Positions 23,861-24,000 of a stretch of DNA of 24,000 nucleotides are shown piece after piece. Below the pieces are notes generated by a model. The model worked only from the letters and a program-made list of their open reading frames with translations. It had not been told where the DNA came from and did not search any database. The DNA is from Pseudomonas phage GP100, in sequence record LT986460.2; one strand, 5' to 3'. Within the stretch, counting starts at the first letter, position 1. Each line of letters starts with the position of its first letter. The position numbers were made by a program, and so were the translations under genes.

Positions 23861-24000
23861 CTGAGCTGGCATCCCGCTACAATGACGGGAAGGCCCAACT
23901 CTCTATGATCCTGGAGGCTCGCCATGCACTGGCAGGTCTTGCAGGAGTCCTGGAGTTCGGGGCTAAAAAATACAACCGTGGTAATTGGCATAAGGGGCTC
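23857..24000 (+). CDS. DUF5664 / dATP-dGTP diphosphohydrolase N-terminal-like protein (partial, runs off window)
   Basis: GTGA overlap; [48 protein letters not shown] matches the '[17 protein letters not shown]' signature. Confidence 0.7.
   Translation, partial: MTELASRYNDGKAQLSMILEARHALAGLAGVLEFGAKKYNRGNWHKGL

Noticed and set aside
1-24000. CRISPR array or integrase/lysogeny module
   Set aside because: No regularly spaced direct repeats, and no integrase, repressor or attachment-site signatures seen; consistent with a lytic phage segment.

Overview
This window looks like the left and middle part of a lytic, T7-type (podovirus-like) phage genome, with essentially every credible gene on the + strand. 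The order is: (1) a left early region, about 1-6900, with many small ORFs, a tRNA-like gene and long non-coding stretches; (2) an operon-like block, about 6900-14285, encoding a class I glutamine amidotransferase, an N-terminal-nucleophile class II glutamine amidotransferase, two amidoligases of the COOH-NH2 ligase kind and an ATP-grasp ligase, interrupted by a free-standing HNH homing endonuclease; (3) replication genes, about 14760-24000: primase/helicase, an ECF-like sigma factor, family A DNA polymerase, an acidic-tailed ssDNA-binding-like protein, 5'-3' exonuclease, metallophosphoesterase, 2OG-Fe(II) oxygenase-like protein, HNH nuclease and the start of a DUF5664-like protein. Main discoveries: (a) a complete type II hammerhead ribozyme at about 565-643, with all core nucleotides (GAAA, GUC, CUGAUGA) present, directly at the 5' edge of (b) a roughly 950-nt ORF-free, heavily structured candidate large ncRNA (about 604-1560) containing a 19-bp perfect inverted repeat; (c) a recurrent 34-nt upstream element, GCGGAATGC-N10-GATTAACGCTAGAAA, in front of several genes and the tRNA-like gene; (d) a tRNA-like gene with a glycine-like acceptor end but an apparent UUA (ochre-reading) anticodon; (e) a second, oversized bipartite tRNA-like fold; (f) an HNH endonuclease inserted exactly at the amidoligase start codon, with the MGLNILVGA coding start present on both sides; (g) a triplet of tandem paralogous small genes. 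All family names come from motif recognition by eye; no searches were run.
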